Source of the DNA: Antedon mediterranea
Taxonomy: Eukaryota; Animalia; Echinodermata
NCBI RefSeq assembly: GCF_964355755.1
Contig: NC_092671.1
Location: forward strand, 6,448,001-6,512,000
Reading direction: 5' to 3'
DNA: 64,000 nt
Part shown: positions 24,120-37,511 of the stretch, piece by piece
How the letters are laid out: each line of letters starts with the position of its first letter
How positions within the stretch are numbered: the first letter of the stretch is position 1
Made by a program: the position numbers and the translations under genes
Notes under the pieces: generated by a model
The model's input: only the letters and a program-made list of their open reading frames with translations
What the model was told of the DNA's origin: nothing
Databases searched by the model: none

Positions 24120-27100
24120 TTAGAAATGTTCGTTGACACCAGCATGCGGAGGTGTAGAAGATAGGTTACTTATCAGACAATGATTACCGTAATGAACTCT
24201 GCATTTGTCCCATGGGGAAATCTTTGACACTCGGTAAATCCAAACGTGCCCAACAGTGGTATGAACCGTACACGTCAATACGTTTTGCCATAAGGCGTAC
24301 CGTGCACACACGCGTGTCTACGACCGAATGCACGATCGATGAGTTCGCTCTTCGGTTCCTTTCTTTCGTTACTGACACCCGATTAAATTCATTACCTTAA
24401 TTGAATGAGAAATGTGTCGATAGTCGATTTTGCATTATGCATTGGTTGTTTTTAAATGTATTTTATAGGAATTTGGCTTTCAGGTAGTGAAGTCCAAGGC
24501 CGACGGTTAACAATCAATTCGTTTAGTTTACTCAACGTGTGTTGAATCGAGGAGCAAACAAAAGTATACCTCTATCTACACGTGGAAGAGGTGAAAAGAA
24601 CTTAAGCTTTACGTTTACTCGTTGACACATACTCTCTTCCAGTGGTGTATGGTAATGTTGGTTGTTAGAGCTATACGAAGCCAATATCCTTTCCCTAGAC
24701 ATTCCTAGATTAAGTGGTTAGGCTAGAAATAGAAAGAAATAATAAATATATAGAAAGAAATATCAATTGAGCAAAATATTGTATAAGAACATTTCAATGA
24801 AAGAAGAACTCACAATATTGACATTTGGACACATAATCATTCCTAAATCGTTCCTATTAAATTGGATCGTTTATGTTTTCCTTTAATAATTAATACGTGA
24901 GTAAGTCCACCATTTGTACACAACTCTACCAACCTAATAGATATACTCTGTCTGGTTCAGACCTATGGATTAGTTGCGTACAATACGAAAGCATAACTCC
25001 GTAGGCCTGAACAGGCCCTTATATTGTGAGCAAAAGAAACTGTACAATAACCACAATGTAAGCATAATCACAAAAGTATGCCACTTATAATTATGTCAAG
25101 ACACGTGCTGGCGTGGGTTTATGTTTACGTCTTAATGACGACAAATACATTTTTTTTTTCAAACGTCCGTCATCATATCTATTCACTCGGATGAGTTGGT
25201 TTCATGGCAAAACTTTAGGTGGGAAACTAATCTAAATAACTAGGCCTTTACGGGATGAATATTTCAAATGATTTCATTGTTAAGAATGCTGAAACGCTCT
25301 ATTATAAACATTGAGATTAATTTAACGAATGCATATCTTCATTCGTAAGATCGATCATTATTGCCATTCAATTAATAATTACGCATGGATACCGGTAATT
25401 AACAATCAAATTGTGTTTTCTAAAGTATCAATAACGCACTGTTCTTCATGTAAGTTATTTATTTACTTAACTTAAATGTCTGCATTACTGCAAGATAGGT
25501 TAATATGTATAGGCCTAAGTCTATATTCTGTTTAGAGGGAAGGGTTAGGTTCAAAAATATAATTTGTACCTCTATGTATTTAAAAAAACAACAATTGATT
25601 TGGTCCTAGGCCAAGAGTCTATCTACAGAAACATTTTTGTATGATATCGATCACAAATAACGATGAATGTGTTTACTGAACTGAACAATGACATTCGTTG
25701 AATTTAAACTACGACCATCAATTTGACATTTTCAGTTATTATATTTAAATAGTACTGTCGTATCTCCATCCTGTCGACACACAGTATATCATGGTAGGCC
25801 TACACATACGTGCGGCAGTTGGTCCTGTGTACTCAGTCTTACTATGTTTGGTTATAGTTCATCTGTTACTTACCCTTACTATGATAAATTATTTCGTTTA
25901 TACCGCCGTTATGTCCATTTCCTTACTGCAGAACTTGACCTAAATAATAAAGTTATTTCGAGTGAAATTGTTTGTTACAGTTTTGATGCATTTTCTTGTT
26001 TTTTGAAATTAAGTTTTAACAATTAATATAAATATAGGCCTAAATTTCGTTGTAATTTCTGCAACTAACCCCATATGAAAAGTATTGTATTTCAGAGGAA
26101 TCACATCCCACTCATTCGATATTATTGGATGTGTGGATATTAAATAGATGTGAAGATAACATCTGAAAGTTTGATGTTTTTGTAAATATATATAATGGTA
26201 AGCATTTGCCTCCTAATGTATCTTGCATGTTTTCATGTTACCTCGTACTGAAACATCGCCATCGGAATAGAATTCAATAGTTAGATATAAAATATGTCAT
26301 CTTCAATTATTGATGAAGTATCGAATCATTTCAATATGCCAATGTAGGCTAGTACGGTACTTTCACTTTATAACGTTTCAAATAATGTAGACCTATAATG
26401 TTTCATCGTAATGTTGATGCAGTAGGCCGTCGGACTTTCAACTATAAGCCTAAACTATTGTAAATGAAATCCTGATTACAACCATTTAATCATTTATGTT
26501 GATAAACACAATCTTTCCATACAAAGGAGCCAATAATGATGTCGGCGACCTAAAAATAAGCAACACTGAAAACAGTTTGTTTGTCCAAGATTTCTATTTT
26601 ATTCTTTGCACCATATAGGCCTAACATGGGGTATCAATACAGTAGGCCTACATGAAGGAGCCAACCTACGTCACTTTGCTTTATAGCTTATACTTCGTTT
26701 ATAACGCCACCTATCTTCACTTGAGTAAGCTCATTTGTATATTGGCATAGTCAGGTGCATTTAACTAAGCTAAGACAGAAGTCATGCCTGCCTATTGTTT
26801 ATTTGGTACTGCGAAATCATATTTCTAACAGTACAGTAAAACTGAATTCCACCATGATCGACTACGGTACGTTAGCTCCTTGTCTTTTGGTCCAAGAAAG
26901 TGAAGTTTTAACAACAATGTGTTACAAGGCAGTACTTTTATTTCATACGGTGCTCCTTGTTTGTCATCCTCTTATCATCTGTTTCAAGAGTACAATTCAT
27001 TTCTAAGAACAGGTATTACCATACAGGTATCTTAATATCAATAATCTGATTTCATTTATAAAAGACGTAGTGTACAGAAATGTTGTCGAAAATAGGCAAA

Positions 27101-28702
27101 ATGCACCTCGATTTAGACGATAAATTTGTTTTTATTGATTTTCCAAACGGAAAATATTCACATAAGCAAAAAATATGTATCGAATATTAGCGATTATGTT
27201 TTCTTGAACAGTACAGTATACTAATAGATATCGGTGTTGAAAAAAATATTTTACGAAGGTAGATTTTCTAAATATTAACATTAAGTTTAAAATACAACCA
27301 GGTCTTATGTCTATCTTATTGAACACAAGTTGAAGAACGACACACAGAATGTATTCTGTTGACTTGACATTTGTTGAAATTTTATCGAGAATTTATTGCT
27401 AATAAAGTGAAGAAGATAATGATTATGGTGATGAAACTATCACGTATTGCGATGATGATGTTTTCTCTTCGTTACACTGTGAAAATAATCTTTATGTAGG
27501 AGTAAAATGTAGATAAATTATGTAATAATATTTCTAAATTTACGTTTTAATTTAATCTTAGTTGGTTACGGTAGCTCACAATTTGAAGTTGATTTATTAA
27601 CTGGTTGAATGACTGGTTGGGTCGTTGAATGCTAGATTGTTGTTATAGTGATTCTTGTTCGTTCACTCTGTTCATTTGCCCACTTTCTTACTCCTCCGTT
27701 CATCTTTCTTCTAAACCATTTCTTTACGTTGCTGCTTCTTTTTTCTACTTTATTCAGACACCTCATGCTACGTAATTGGCAAGATATTCATGTTACCAGT
27801 TAAAAAAAAACCCAATTTATAGCCAATTCAAAACTTCTTTTCATTCAGCAATAACCAAACTTTCATAACTCGAAGAATTGTAGGCCTACATAAAATGCTA
27901 AGATATTTTTTCCGGTTAGGTAAACATGTCTCTGTCGAACAACTTATATTCAAACACCTTTCTCCTGCATTACGTATGCACACGTCATACGAAAGCATTT
28001 ATATAAAATTACCGTTATATGTCAAATATTAATACCTGTAATATTATTGAAATTGTATAAATTATGCAAGAATATACGTTATATCATACACCGATATAAT
28101 TATACCAGTATATCAATGACAGCTTGTAAATTATACTAATTAACCTACTATTCGTAATGATCACGGATTGAAGCGCCAAAACACAGCTGGTTTATTAATG
28201 CAAATATTATGCGAGGAGAAACAAAATTTCTTGCCATATTGATGACAATAAAAGCTATCTCATGAATAACAAGTTCTATCCAGACTGACAAATCTAGACA
28301 TTGATTACATGGCCATCGTAAAAACGACATATTATCCATTCCATAATGATTGCAAAAGTTGAATTTCTCACAGGTAGGTGAAATAGAACTAGAGATATAT
28401 AGACACAAGGTTGTGCATGCATATACGGAAGAGTATTACTATTTGGTCGTTCAGATACGTCGATTACTGTATATATTTAATTGATCTGGATCTGCCAGAA
28501 GATTACAGGTGAGACGAGTTAGGTTACGATTATTATAATCTTTTACTATTCCCTCGTGGCATCAATACCTGGCTTAAATGAATCATCGTAGGTAAATAAT
28601 GACGATACTGTAGTTTTATATCTTAGAAAAAGATAGTCAATACTGTACTAATTAGGAAACATCATGGTAGTGACAATGTATCATAACAGTACTACATTTT
28701 AA

Positions 28703-29159
28703 ATGTTTAAATTTAATTTATTGTCTGTTACTGGTTTACCTACTCTTGAGAGAAGAAACAAACTGGTGTTGTCTTTCGGGGAAGGCTTATTAAAATCCAA
28801 GCTGTTTAGAGAAATACTTCCCCCTCTTCATAAGCCAGCTCGGTCTCTCAGATTCAACCGCTTTCTAGAAGTACCTCATTGTAAAACCAACAGACTTAGG
28901 TCGTCTCCAGTTCCCACCACGGTGGATATAATTAATAGGCACCACTAGCTCTTTTTTAGATATGTAATAAGTGTATGTTTTAAGGTTTTTTATTCATGTA
29001 TGTTTTTTAATTGTATGGTACGATATCTAATTTTAATAAGATGTTTCTATTTGTATAGCAATTTTAACTCATTTTTATTTATTTGTAATACTATTCATTT
29101 CAGTCCTTGACTGTCGTTTTGTAATATATTTTTATATACCGAATAAAAAAAAAAAAAAA
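28703..29159 (+). mobile_element. 5'-truncated LINE (CR1/L2/Rex1-group) 3' end with poly(A)
   Basis: LPTLERR...LPP...SLR...PHCKTNRLRSSPVP matches the C-terminal ORF2 pattern L.TL..RR...LR...RT.R...SF.P. It is followed by a T-rich UTR and an AATAAAAAA... tail. Confidence 0.75.
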
Positions 29160-30097
29160 TACTAAAATTGGAGAATTACAGGCGTTCAAAGAGTGTTCTG
29201 AGCACTTTGTAGGAGAAGTGCGCGTCACAAATCATTATTAAAAAACACAATCTAATATTAAGATATTTTATCTCCTACATGATAATTTAAGCAATGTCAT
29301 GATTAACTTTTCAGACGTAGGAAGAATTTTTAATCTCATTTCAAAATATTACAGCAAGTATTAACTCATTCATCCTTTCATGTTTCGTCTTTTGACAATC
29401 CTCAATTGTCTTTCTTTAGTCCGAGAGAGCATTATCTGAAACGAAACACGAGGGCTTTAAATCTAAAACCAACTCCTGGGGATACCCTGTCAGGAGACAC
29501 CTAAGTTAAAGATGTATTGTTCTAAAATCATGAAAAATAAATATTAATTAATATAATAATTCAAATTAAATTACTTGATTTTCGCTTTAGTTATACAAAG
29601 GTATTGTTACACAATAGGATTGTAAAAATTATAATGCAATATTTATTGGCAATAATCAATGTCCGTCCGGTAATATTTTTTTTCTTGACCATTATTTCAA
29701 TTTCGTAACGGTCATTAAACCGTGTGGCATGGGAGTTTGGATGATTGGCTATCGGAATGACCGTGTGTATTTTAATAAATGCAAATGAATAACGATAGTG
29801 GTAATAGTATTAATTTGTCATGCCTGTGTTTTTAATGAGCAGTAGAATAAATCATACCATGTCAACAAACGTACACAGCAATACGGTTGTTGTTGGAGTG
29901 TGTTGTATTTCCAAAACAGACGTTTTTCCCAGTAATAAAAGTTGAATTTAATTTATTCCTTGCAAATAAATGATATACAAATTTAACATTTGAAAGAATT
30001 GTTTTAAATCCTATCACGAATCTGTTATAAACATTTAATAGTAAAGCACTAATTTAATTACAGCGTGATCGAACAAAAAATACAAATTACACGGAAT

Positions 30098-30223
30098 TGC
30101 GCTTACGAGTTGTGTGCGCTTACGAGTTGTGTGCGCTCACGAGTTGTGTGCGTTCACGAGTTGTATGCGCTTACGAGTTGTGTGCGCTCACGAGTTGTGT
30201 GCGCTTACGAGTTGTGTGCGCTC
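30098..30223. repeat. 17-bp tandem repeat, ~7 copies
   Basis: GCGCTTACGAGTTGTGT / GCGCTCACGAGTTGTGT units. Confidence 0.9.
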
Positions 30224-32097
30224 ATGTGTTTGAGTAATTATTACACGGATACCTCGAGTTCACATCAAATGGTGCAAGTTGCCAATAAAAAGTTCACATA
30301 GATCACGTGTATGGAGCGCCATAATCATGTACAACTGTAAAACTACATTATTCATGTAAATGTAATTAAAAATACAAAACAATTTACATTTATTTTACAT
30401 TTTACAACAAAATACAGACTTTTCCATGATATATGATGTATGTATTATTATACATCTATTAAATGTCATGCTTTTAATAAATAAATAAACCTTCATTTTC
30501 TTTAGACGTTTTTCGACCAGTACATATAGTGTGAACGGCCGGTTTTATTCTTATAAACACTAACATTCTCACGATTTCTCTCCGACTCAATGTGAACGCT
30601 ATAGCTATATTTGATATATCTGGTATTTGTGTCGTATAAGACAATAGTAATTACCTAGTATCATTGTAAACAGCTATTTGTTTGAAGGATTTCGTTTTTT
30701 ATAATTGATAGCCTCGACTAATAAAGTCATCAATACTTACATAACAACATTCTTAATTTATTCAACAATTACAGTAAATTATAATGAACATGTATTGTTA
30801 ATAATCGCAAGGACTATGACATTTGTACGGGTTCTCTATGAACGGTACAGATACTAATAACATTGCCTATAGCTATTCACATTATTATGTTAAGTAGAAC
30901 AATTAAACCAATAGAAATGGCTCCCATTACCATTAGTAGACAATCGTTTTAATGGGTCGTAACAGTAATGTAATTAGTTCCTATTTTGACAACAGAATGA
31001 TTAAATGTATAAACACTGGCTGTGATAGATTGGATGATGTTAGATTAAAGTTTGATAATTAGCCGTTAACGTCCCAGGGCTTCTGTGTGCTACCAAAGTT
31101 ATTTCTCTATTAATTTCAGTGTAAATTATACAAGGATGATATTACAGAATTGCTGAACATTTCGTATAGACCTAATGATGTTTCATTCAATCACAATACA
31201 TAAATAAAATATAACATTTACAATCCGCATGCGTGTCAATAACGTGCTGTTTCGAAACTGATGGAAATATAAAGTAGACCTATTCGATATAAATTTTTTT
31301 AAATTACAAAAAAAAAAGGTTTTATTTTATTGATAATTTTTTTTTCTGAAAATTGAATTAAGTATTGATTAATAAAATAGAAGTAATACATTTTAAAATA
31401 TGAACACAGTAAATAATATTCACAATTATAATTAAAGTTAAAGTTAAAAATAACCATAATATATAATAATTAACCTTTCTTGGAGCCTAGGCGTAACGTT
31501 TTTAAACTTATATAGGTTTCCTTCCACAAATGCTATGTTTTTTATTGGTTATTATCACAATTGTTTATATAATTATTATTTTATGTATTTTTAATATATG
31601 TATAGAGAATATTTATTGAATATTTATTTATTGAATATTGAATAAACAAACCAACAATAGCATTGTTATTATGATTTGAATTAAAATTATTGCTGGTTGT
31701 GGTAAAATAAAGAAATGAAGGTTTTGTGATACGAGTAATACATTTGTTTTGTATTACATAATAGTCAGATCTTCTTCTATCTTACTTGCTTACTATCTTG
31801 TGATTATTATATAATCTTACACAAATACTAAAACAAAAAACACTGAATCAAGCTAGAGGAACTGTCTATATTTTGTAATATGAATACAGTATCGTATTAC
31901 TCAATACATTTCTATTCAGATTTTAACAGCTTCTCAATCATATAAAATTGGATCGTCTGAAAATGCTTTTCTACATTTTGAAGAAAATACTTCTGAATAC
32001 ATGTTCAATGATAACAAAAAAATGCTTTTTAATATTTTAAAATTTATGTAAATTCTTTTTTAAATATTCTAAATATACGCTACAGTTTTAGTATACA

Positions 32098-32131
32098 CAT
32101 GGAGGAAAAAATAATTTTTTTTTCCTCCATG
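32098..32131. mobile_element. 34-bp P-element-like remnant (two abutting TIR stubs)
   Basis: GTATACA|CATGGAGGAAAAAATAA.TTTTTTTTTCCTCCATG|GTATACA, i.e. a 7-bp direct duplication flanking a 17+17 palindrome. Confidence 0.7.
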
Positions 32132-35100
32132 GTATACACAACTGTTTGAAGGCTTCGGTCGTATACGCCTACGTTGTTTAGTATAGGAGAATGAACAAAA
32201 CAGTGTTTTATATTACGATTGTTTAAAAAAGCATACTATTAATACATTGATATTTGTACAATTATCGAGTTATCATGGTATAATAGATCAAGGAAGGAAT
32301 AGAATAATTATCAATAATATAACGTCACAACACATATGTTCACAGAAAGATAGAAAAACTGTATAAATAAATGTTAACTCTAAATCCTTTAAACTATGTC
32401 ATATATACCGATGTTTTTGAAATAAAAACAGCAGTTTAAAAATTGAAAATATTTAGGAAGGAGATTATATTTAAAACAAATAGAAAAAGCCTGCATTTTA
32501 TTGTAACAGTAACAATATTACAGTTTATTCCATTCAACAACAAAAAAAAACACATGTGAATTGTTTTAATATTATTGCTTTTAAAATAAGAAATTTGGCC
32601 TAATTTAAGATTAAAAATAAACAAATCAAATAAATTAAAATAACTACATCTTTAAACAACATAAACATTGACCTGTGAACAAAGAAACATGGAAAAACAC
32701 GTAAGTAAATCATGAACCGTGCTGAAAGAATATAGACGACCTTATAATCACTGCATATGATGAATATTGAACTTTAATAATTTATAGATCTCTTGAATGT
32801 GAATCTTTCAAATTAAGCTAAATCATAGCGCTAAAATATTGTATTCGGAAAAGGGTAATTTCTTCACGAGGAGTTAGTGCGAGCACCCATGCGCAGCCAC
32901 TGTTAATAATGAAACATAGAACACGAGTACCAAGGGATATAAGCAGTTATTTTCTGTCGGTAAAAATACAATTTATTAATCTGCAATTTAAGCATTGCCT
33001 TCACACTGCTTTATATACAAAGCATAGCATAGTTTTTATTTGTCTGTTTTGGGTTGACTAACTATAACATATTTACCAACAGTTTGGCATCACCTTACAT
33101 TTTATATCTTTGTTTCTTCCGTACTTAGCAGACATTTGAATAAACAAAAACAAAAAAATAAATAAAAGGTTTATTATTACTCGGTTCAAACATAAAATGA
33201 TATACATTATGTTATAGAAACGTATTGTACGAACGGGACAACATAACTACATTACGTTAATGTCTATCATAATTGGGCGGGATTAGTTCGACATTTCCAT
33301 TGACAATAATAATGAATAAAAACAAGGAAAGTTCTATTAAAATGGATTAACATTAATGTGTTATGTTCAATAGTAAGACTAATTATAAATAGAATAGAGA
33401 ACTCATGAAGAATAATCTGGCATGAGTAGAGTTAGGTTCAGCATTGTATTGCTTGTGAGTCCGGGAAATCTCATTTGTTCGCGACTATAATGATAAGTGT
33501 GGGAGTGTGAAACGTGATTGGTGATAAAAAATGATGGTGATTTGGTGATAAAATCAGAAAGATATAATTATATTTCTACATGTACATGATATTATGGATA
33601 TTTTTTGATGAAATAATGATGATTTGGTCATAAAAGTGTGATGATTTGGTGATGCAATGATGGGATTAGGTAATAACAGGATGACGATACCATTGTGGAG
33701 AGTTGGCGATACCATAGTGGCAAGTTGGTGATAACATGATGGAGAGTTGGTTATATCCATGAAAATGAAGATCTGCAGGTTCGTTATCATCGTTACAGAG
33801 ATTAGTTGGCCTCAGCATAATTACAACAATGTGAAAAGGCCTTATGGTTATGATGAAGATGATACTTTAATAATGAAACGACAATTATTTAAAGTAAAGG
33901 CTTAATGTATTATTTTATCTTCGTTGTTATACAAGTTAAAGAATACAACAGCAGTTGGAATACGGTAATGGTATGATAATATAAGCTATATAAATAAAAT
34001 ACATAATTGGATTTTAATATTTATGAAACAATAAAAATAGAGGTTATGCATTAGCTGCACTATATTGTGTTCATCCACAATATGATGCAGCAGTCAGTTT
34101 AATGTCATTACCGTCTATGTCTTTAATTTTATAATATTGCAATAAAATACCGATATCATTCGTTTCTATCGTGATGAAACGACTTTTGCTCTCTACGCGA
34201 CACCATTGACTACAAATGCGCATGCGTATAAAGTCATTGTTTTTAGTAGAAGGAAATTCTGGAGGATTTTTTTTTATTGAGCAGGAGATACTCTAGTAGA
34301 TTATACCCATCTACAGCCTTCACTATTTACAGAGAAAGAAATACTCTTTTAAATACAAAGTTTAAATTTAAAGAGGATCATTTTACAAGAATAATTTTAT
34401 TAGAAATTGGATGAGTGAAATGTATAAACAAAGACAAAGTATGAACAAATAACAAAATATACTTAACAAATTATTAGTTGTAGTCATGCTTTTTTCATGA
34501 CTAACATTGAATATGCAAATACAATTCTAGTACACATTGGAAATGTATGGCGTTTATACTGATTAAAAACATGTATTACCGTGATTGAAATTGTATATTA
34601 GTGGTAGGCTAATTATGATAGATGTTCGTTCCTCATGCAAACCAACAGATAGATTGATGAAATAATGTTTTTATAATACAAAAAAAAGATGTATGAATGT
34701 TTTACATGCAACATACGAAAATAAAAAAGCAAAATCTTATATGACATGTTTTAAATTTGAAATAGGCCCGGTTAATTCAAACTTTACCTATGTTATATTA
34801 TATTGGAATGATGTTATGTGGAATGGATTTAAACAAATTAATAACGTGATATTATGATAGCACTATGTAAATCATGTTAAAATAAATTTATATATTCTAC
34901 TTCACAGACAATTTTTCAGCGACACGTACAATGGATAGTTATTAAGCCTGTAGTAGCTCATACAAGTTAGGGTTGCAAATTTCTGCAATTTTTCATTAAA
35001 AATGAAAATTAGAGGAGATTGTTCAGGGAGGTGGATACTTTCATCTAGGCTTATAGATTCATAGAATCTTTAAAACCATTGGTCAGATTTGATCAGATAA

Positions 35101-36982
35101 ACTTTTTTTTCACTAATGCACCTCTTCTATTTTTTTTCACTCACTAATGCACCTCGAGTCTGTCTTGAAATAAGATGAAATATTGATATGTGCCAGCCCA
35201 GGTTTGTGTGTTTTAATATTGTTCTTAATCTAGGCACAATTCCATCTGTCGTAATAAAATACGGCAGATGCACTCTGAATCAGTGACTATTAACTTGTAA
35301 TCAATATATAAAGTTATCGAACCGAAACCACTGCCAATAACCATGTTGATAATTACGGGATCCAATGCTCGAAAAGCATTGAATTCTCATTACCATTGTA
35401 AGTAAAGAAGTTAATGAGGTTTTACATAATTAGGCCTTTCTTCATATAACGGTATAGAATGTGTATTATTCTTCAACTTCAAGCAACAGCAAGGAACACA
35501 AGATGAAATTGACTTAGTTATGATGTTATTAATGTTTTACTTTACTCAGAAGAAGAAAGTTAACGGTTTTATAACAGAAAAGATATGTTTTGTATAAGTT
35601 ATGGTAAGTTTAATAAGAGCTTGTATGGTATTTAATCACCCGATCTATGTTTCAATTGCAGCTTATCTTTAGTAGCATAGAGGTTGTTTTATACTTGATA
35701 ATATTTCCAGGAAGATCTTCATCGATTGTGGCGCCATGTAAATACTGTATACCAATTGAATACTATACAGAGATCCAGATGAACCATTTTACTAATATAT
35801 AGATTTATCTTTAACATTTTAATGATTTTATCAATTTCACGTTGTAAACAATACAAGTTGAATTGTTGTTGTACAAGTTGTATTTCTTTGGCTTACAGTC
35901 GGTGAAATACCTTTAACAGATCTACACTGTATGGTGTAAATCTAACGATAGTTATCTGACATGGAGAGGTCCCATACTTGAGTCATATTTTATAGAGCGT
36001 CTAATTGAAAATAATTTTTTTTGCTTATTTGATTTGAATATTTTGTATATTGCATAATGTACACAGAGTATAGGTCTTATCAACAAATTACTGATAACAA
36101 ATCGAAGCAATTTGATATTAAACATAAATATTTGATTACTTCATGTATAATGTAGACTATAGAGCATGACCCACACTGGTCCTTTTCTACATATAAAAGT
36201 GTACCAAATGTTAACTCTTCAATCATTTATATTCAGTCATGAGTAAAAAGTCGAAGCAAGGAAGAGTAAAATTACTAACTCTTCCCTTGTCGAAGTAAGC
36301 GTAACATTGCCAGTATGTATGACGTCAGCACTCACGTGTAACACCGTCCATTACCATCGAAAAGTCGTTTGATATTGTAATTATGAAAGTAATTGTATTG
36401 AGCTTGCTTGTGATTGTGATGTTTTTAGAAATCTCAACATAAAATCAACATTATAGTAAATCTTTTTTATATACAAATATTGGCTTTATTTGTGTGTTGT
36501 GTTTGTAGAGGTGTTGTAATCACACGAGTGCCGTTGGTAATTGTAATCAGTGGTCTGTCAAGCATTCAAAAATTGAACTGTTTATCGTTATGACTACATT
36601 ATTATGCTATTTTTGTATCTTCACAGACACATCTTTGTAGTGATGTATGGAGATTCTAGAAACAGTAGAAAATGGGAATGTTATTGAGCAGATCGGTCAT
36701 CGAGTATTGAATGCTAACTGTCGGTCAATAGTAACACTATTTTTGCTCATCCTGTGTAACGATTTCTTGCAATCTGACAATCGATACGTTTTAGTTGATC
36801 TTTGCAAACGTTACATGCTAATTTATTAAGGCATTTCAATTCAGTTGAAGAAAAATTTGCAAATTTATTTTGGCGCCTGTTTGCTGGTTAGTAGTCTTAC
36901 ACGCGGTCGTCTCCGCCAATCAGTTAATGGACGTTATTGAATCATTTGAACGACGAGAAGTGAATTTAAAGACTTGATTCAG

Positions 36983-37511
36983 ATGAGTTCCAGCAGAGGC
37001 TATCGTGCACCACGCTTTATTGAAATGGACCAGGCAGAGACCTATGCCGGTCTTGGCTATAGTCCACCAAGGTTTATGCATTCAGGACAGGGAGTAAACA
37101 GTTTCCCAAACAGCAAAAAAACCAATTCAAACAATTCGATATATAGTTTGAAACTGAGGAATAGTAATGAATATATAAAAGACACCGAGATTGATGAGAA
37201 GGATACAGTGTCGTTTACTAGATGGGCCCAGGATGTTAGTGATTGTCATGGCTTGAAACATGTTTTTAAGCAAGAATCATCCATCATTCGCCGCGGAATC
37301 TGGTTTCTTTTCTTGATTGCTATGCTGTGTCTTCTATTCTATCAATGTTATCTATCAATGGATGCTTACATAGAACACGAACATATCACCAAGTTCGATG
37401 TTGAATATGAGGAGAGGCTTCTCTTCCCCGCCGTAACCATTTGCAACCTGAATATGTACAATCTTAGTGCAATAACATTGAGGGACATTGCTTTCGTTGG
37501 ACAGCCACTAG
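36983..37511 (+). CDS. ASIC: Acid-sensing ion channel (ASIC, DEG/ENaC family), first coding exon: N-terminus, HG motif, TM1, beta1-beta2
   Basis: MSSSRGY...DCHGLKHVF (HG gating motif), RRGIW plus hydrophobic TM1, then HEHITKFDV and FPAVTICNLN (family signature). Donor CTAG|GTAAG, phase 1. An alternative ATG at 37025 is possible. Confidence 0.93.

Noticed and set aside
33500-33870. TGGTGAT/ATGATG-rich tract and ORF 33554..33790
   Set aside because: Decayed simple repeat with no coding signature.
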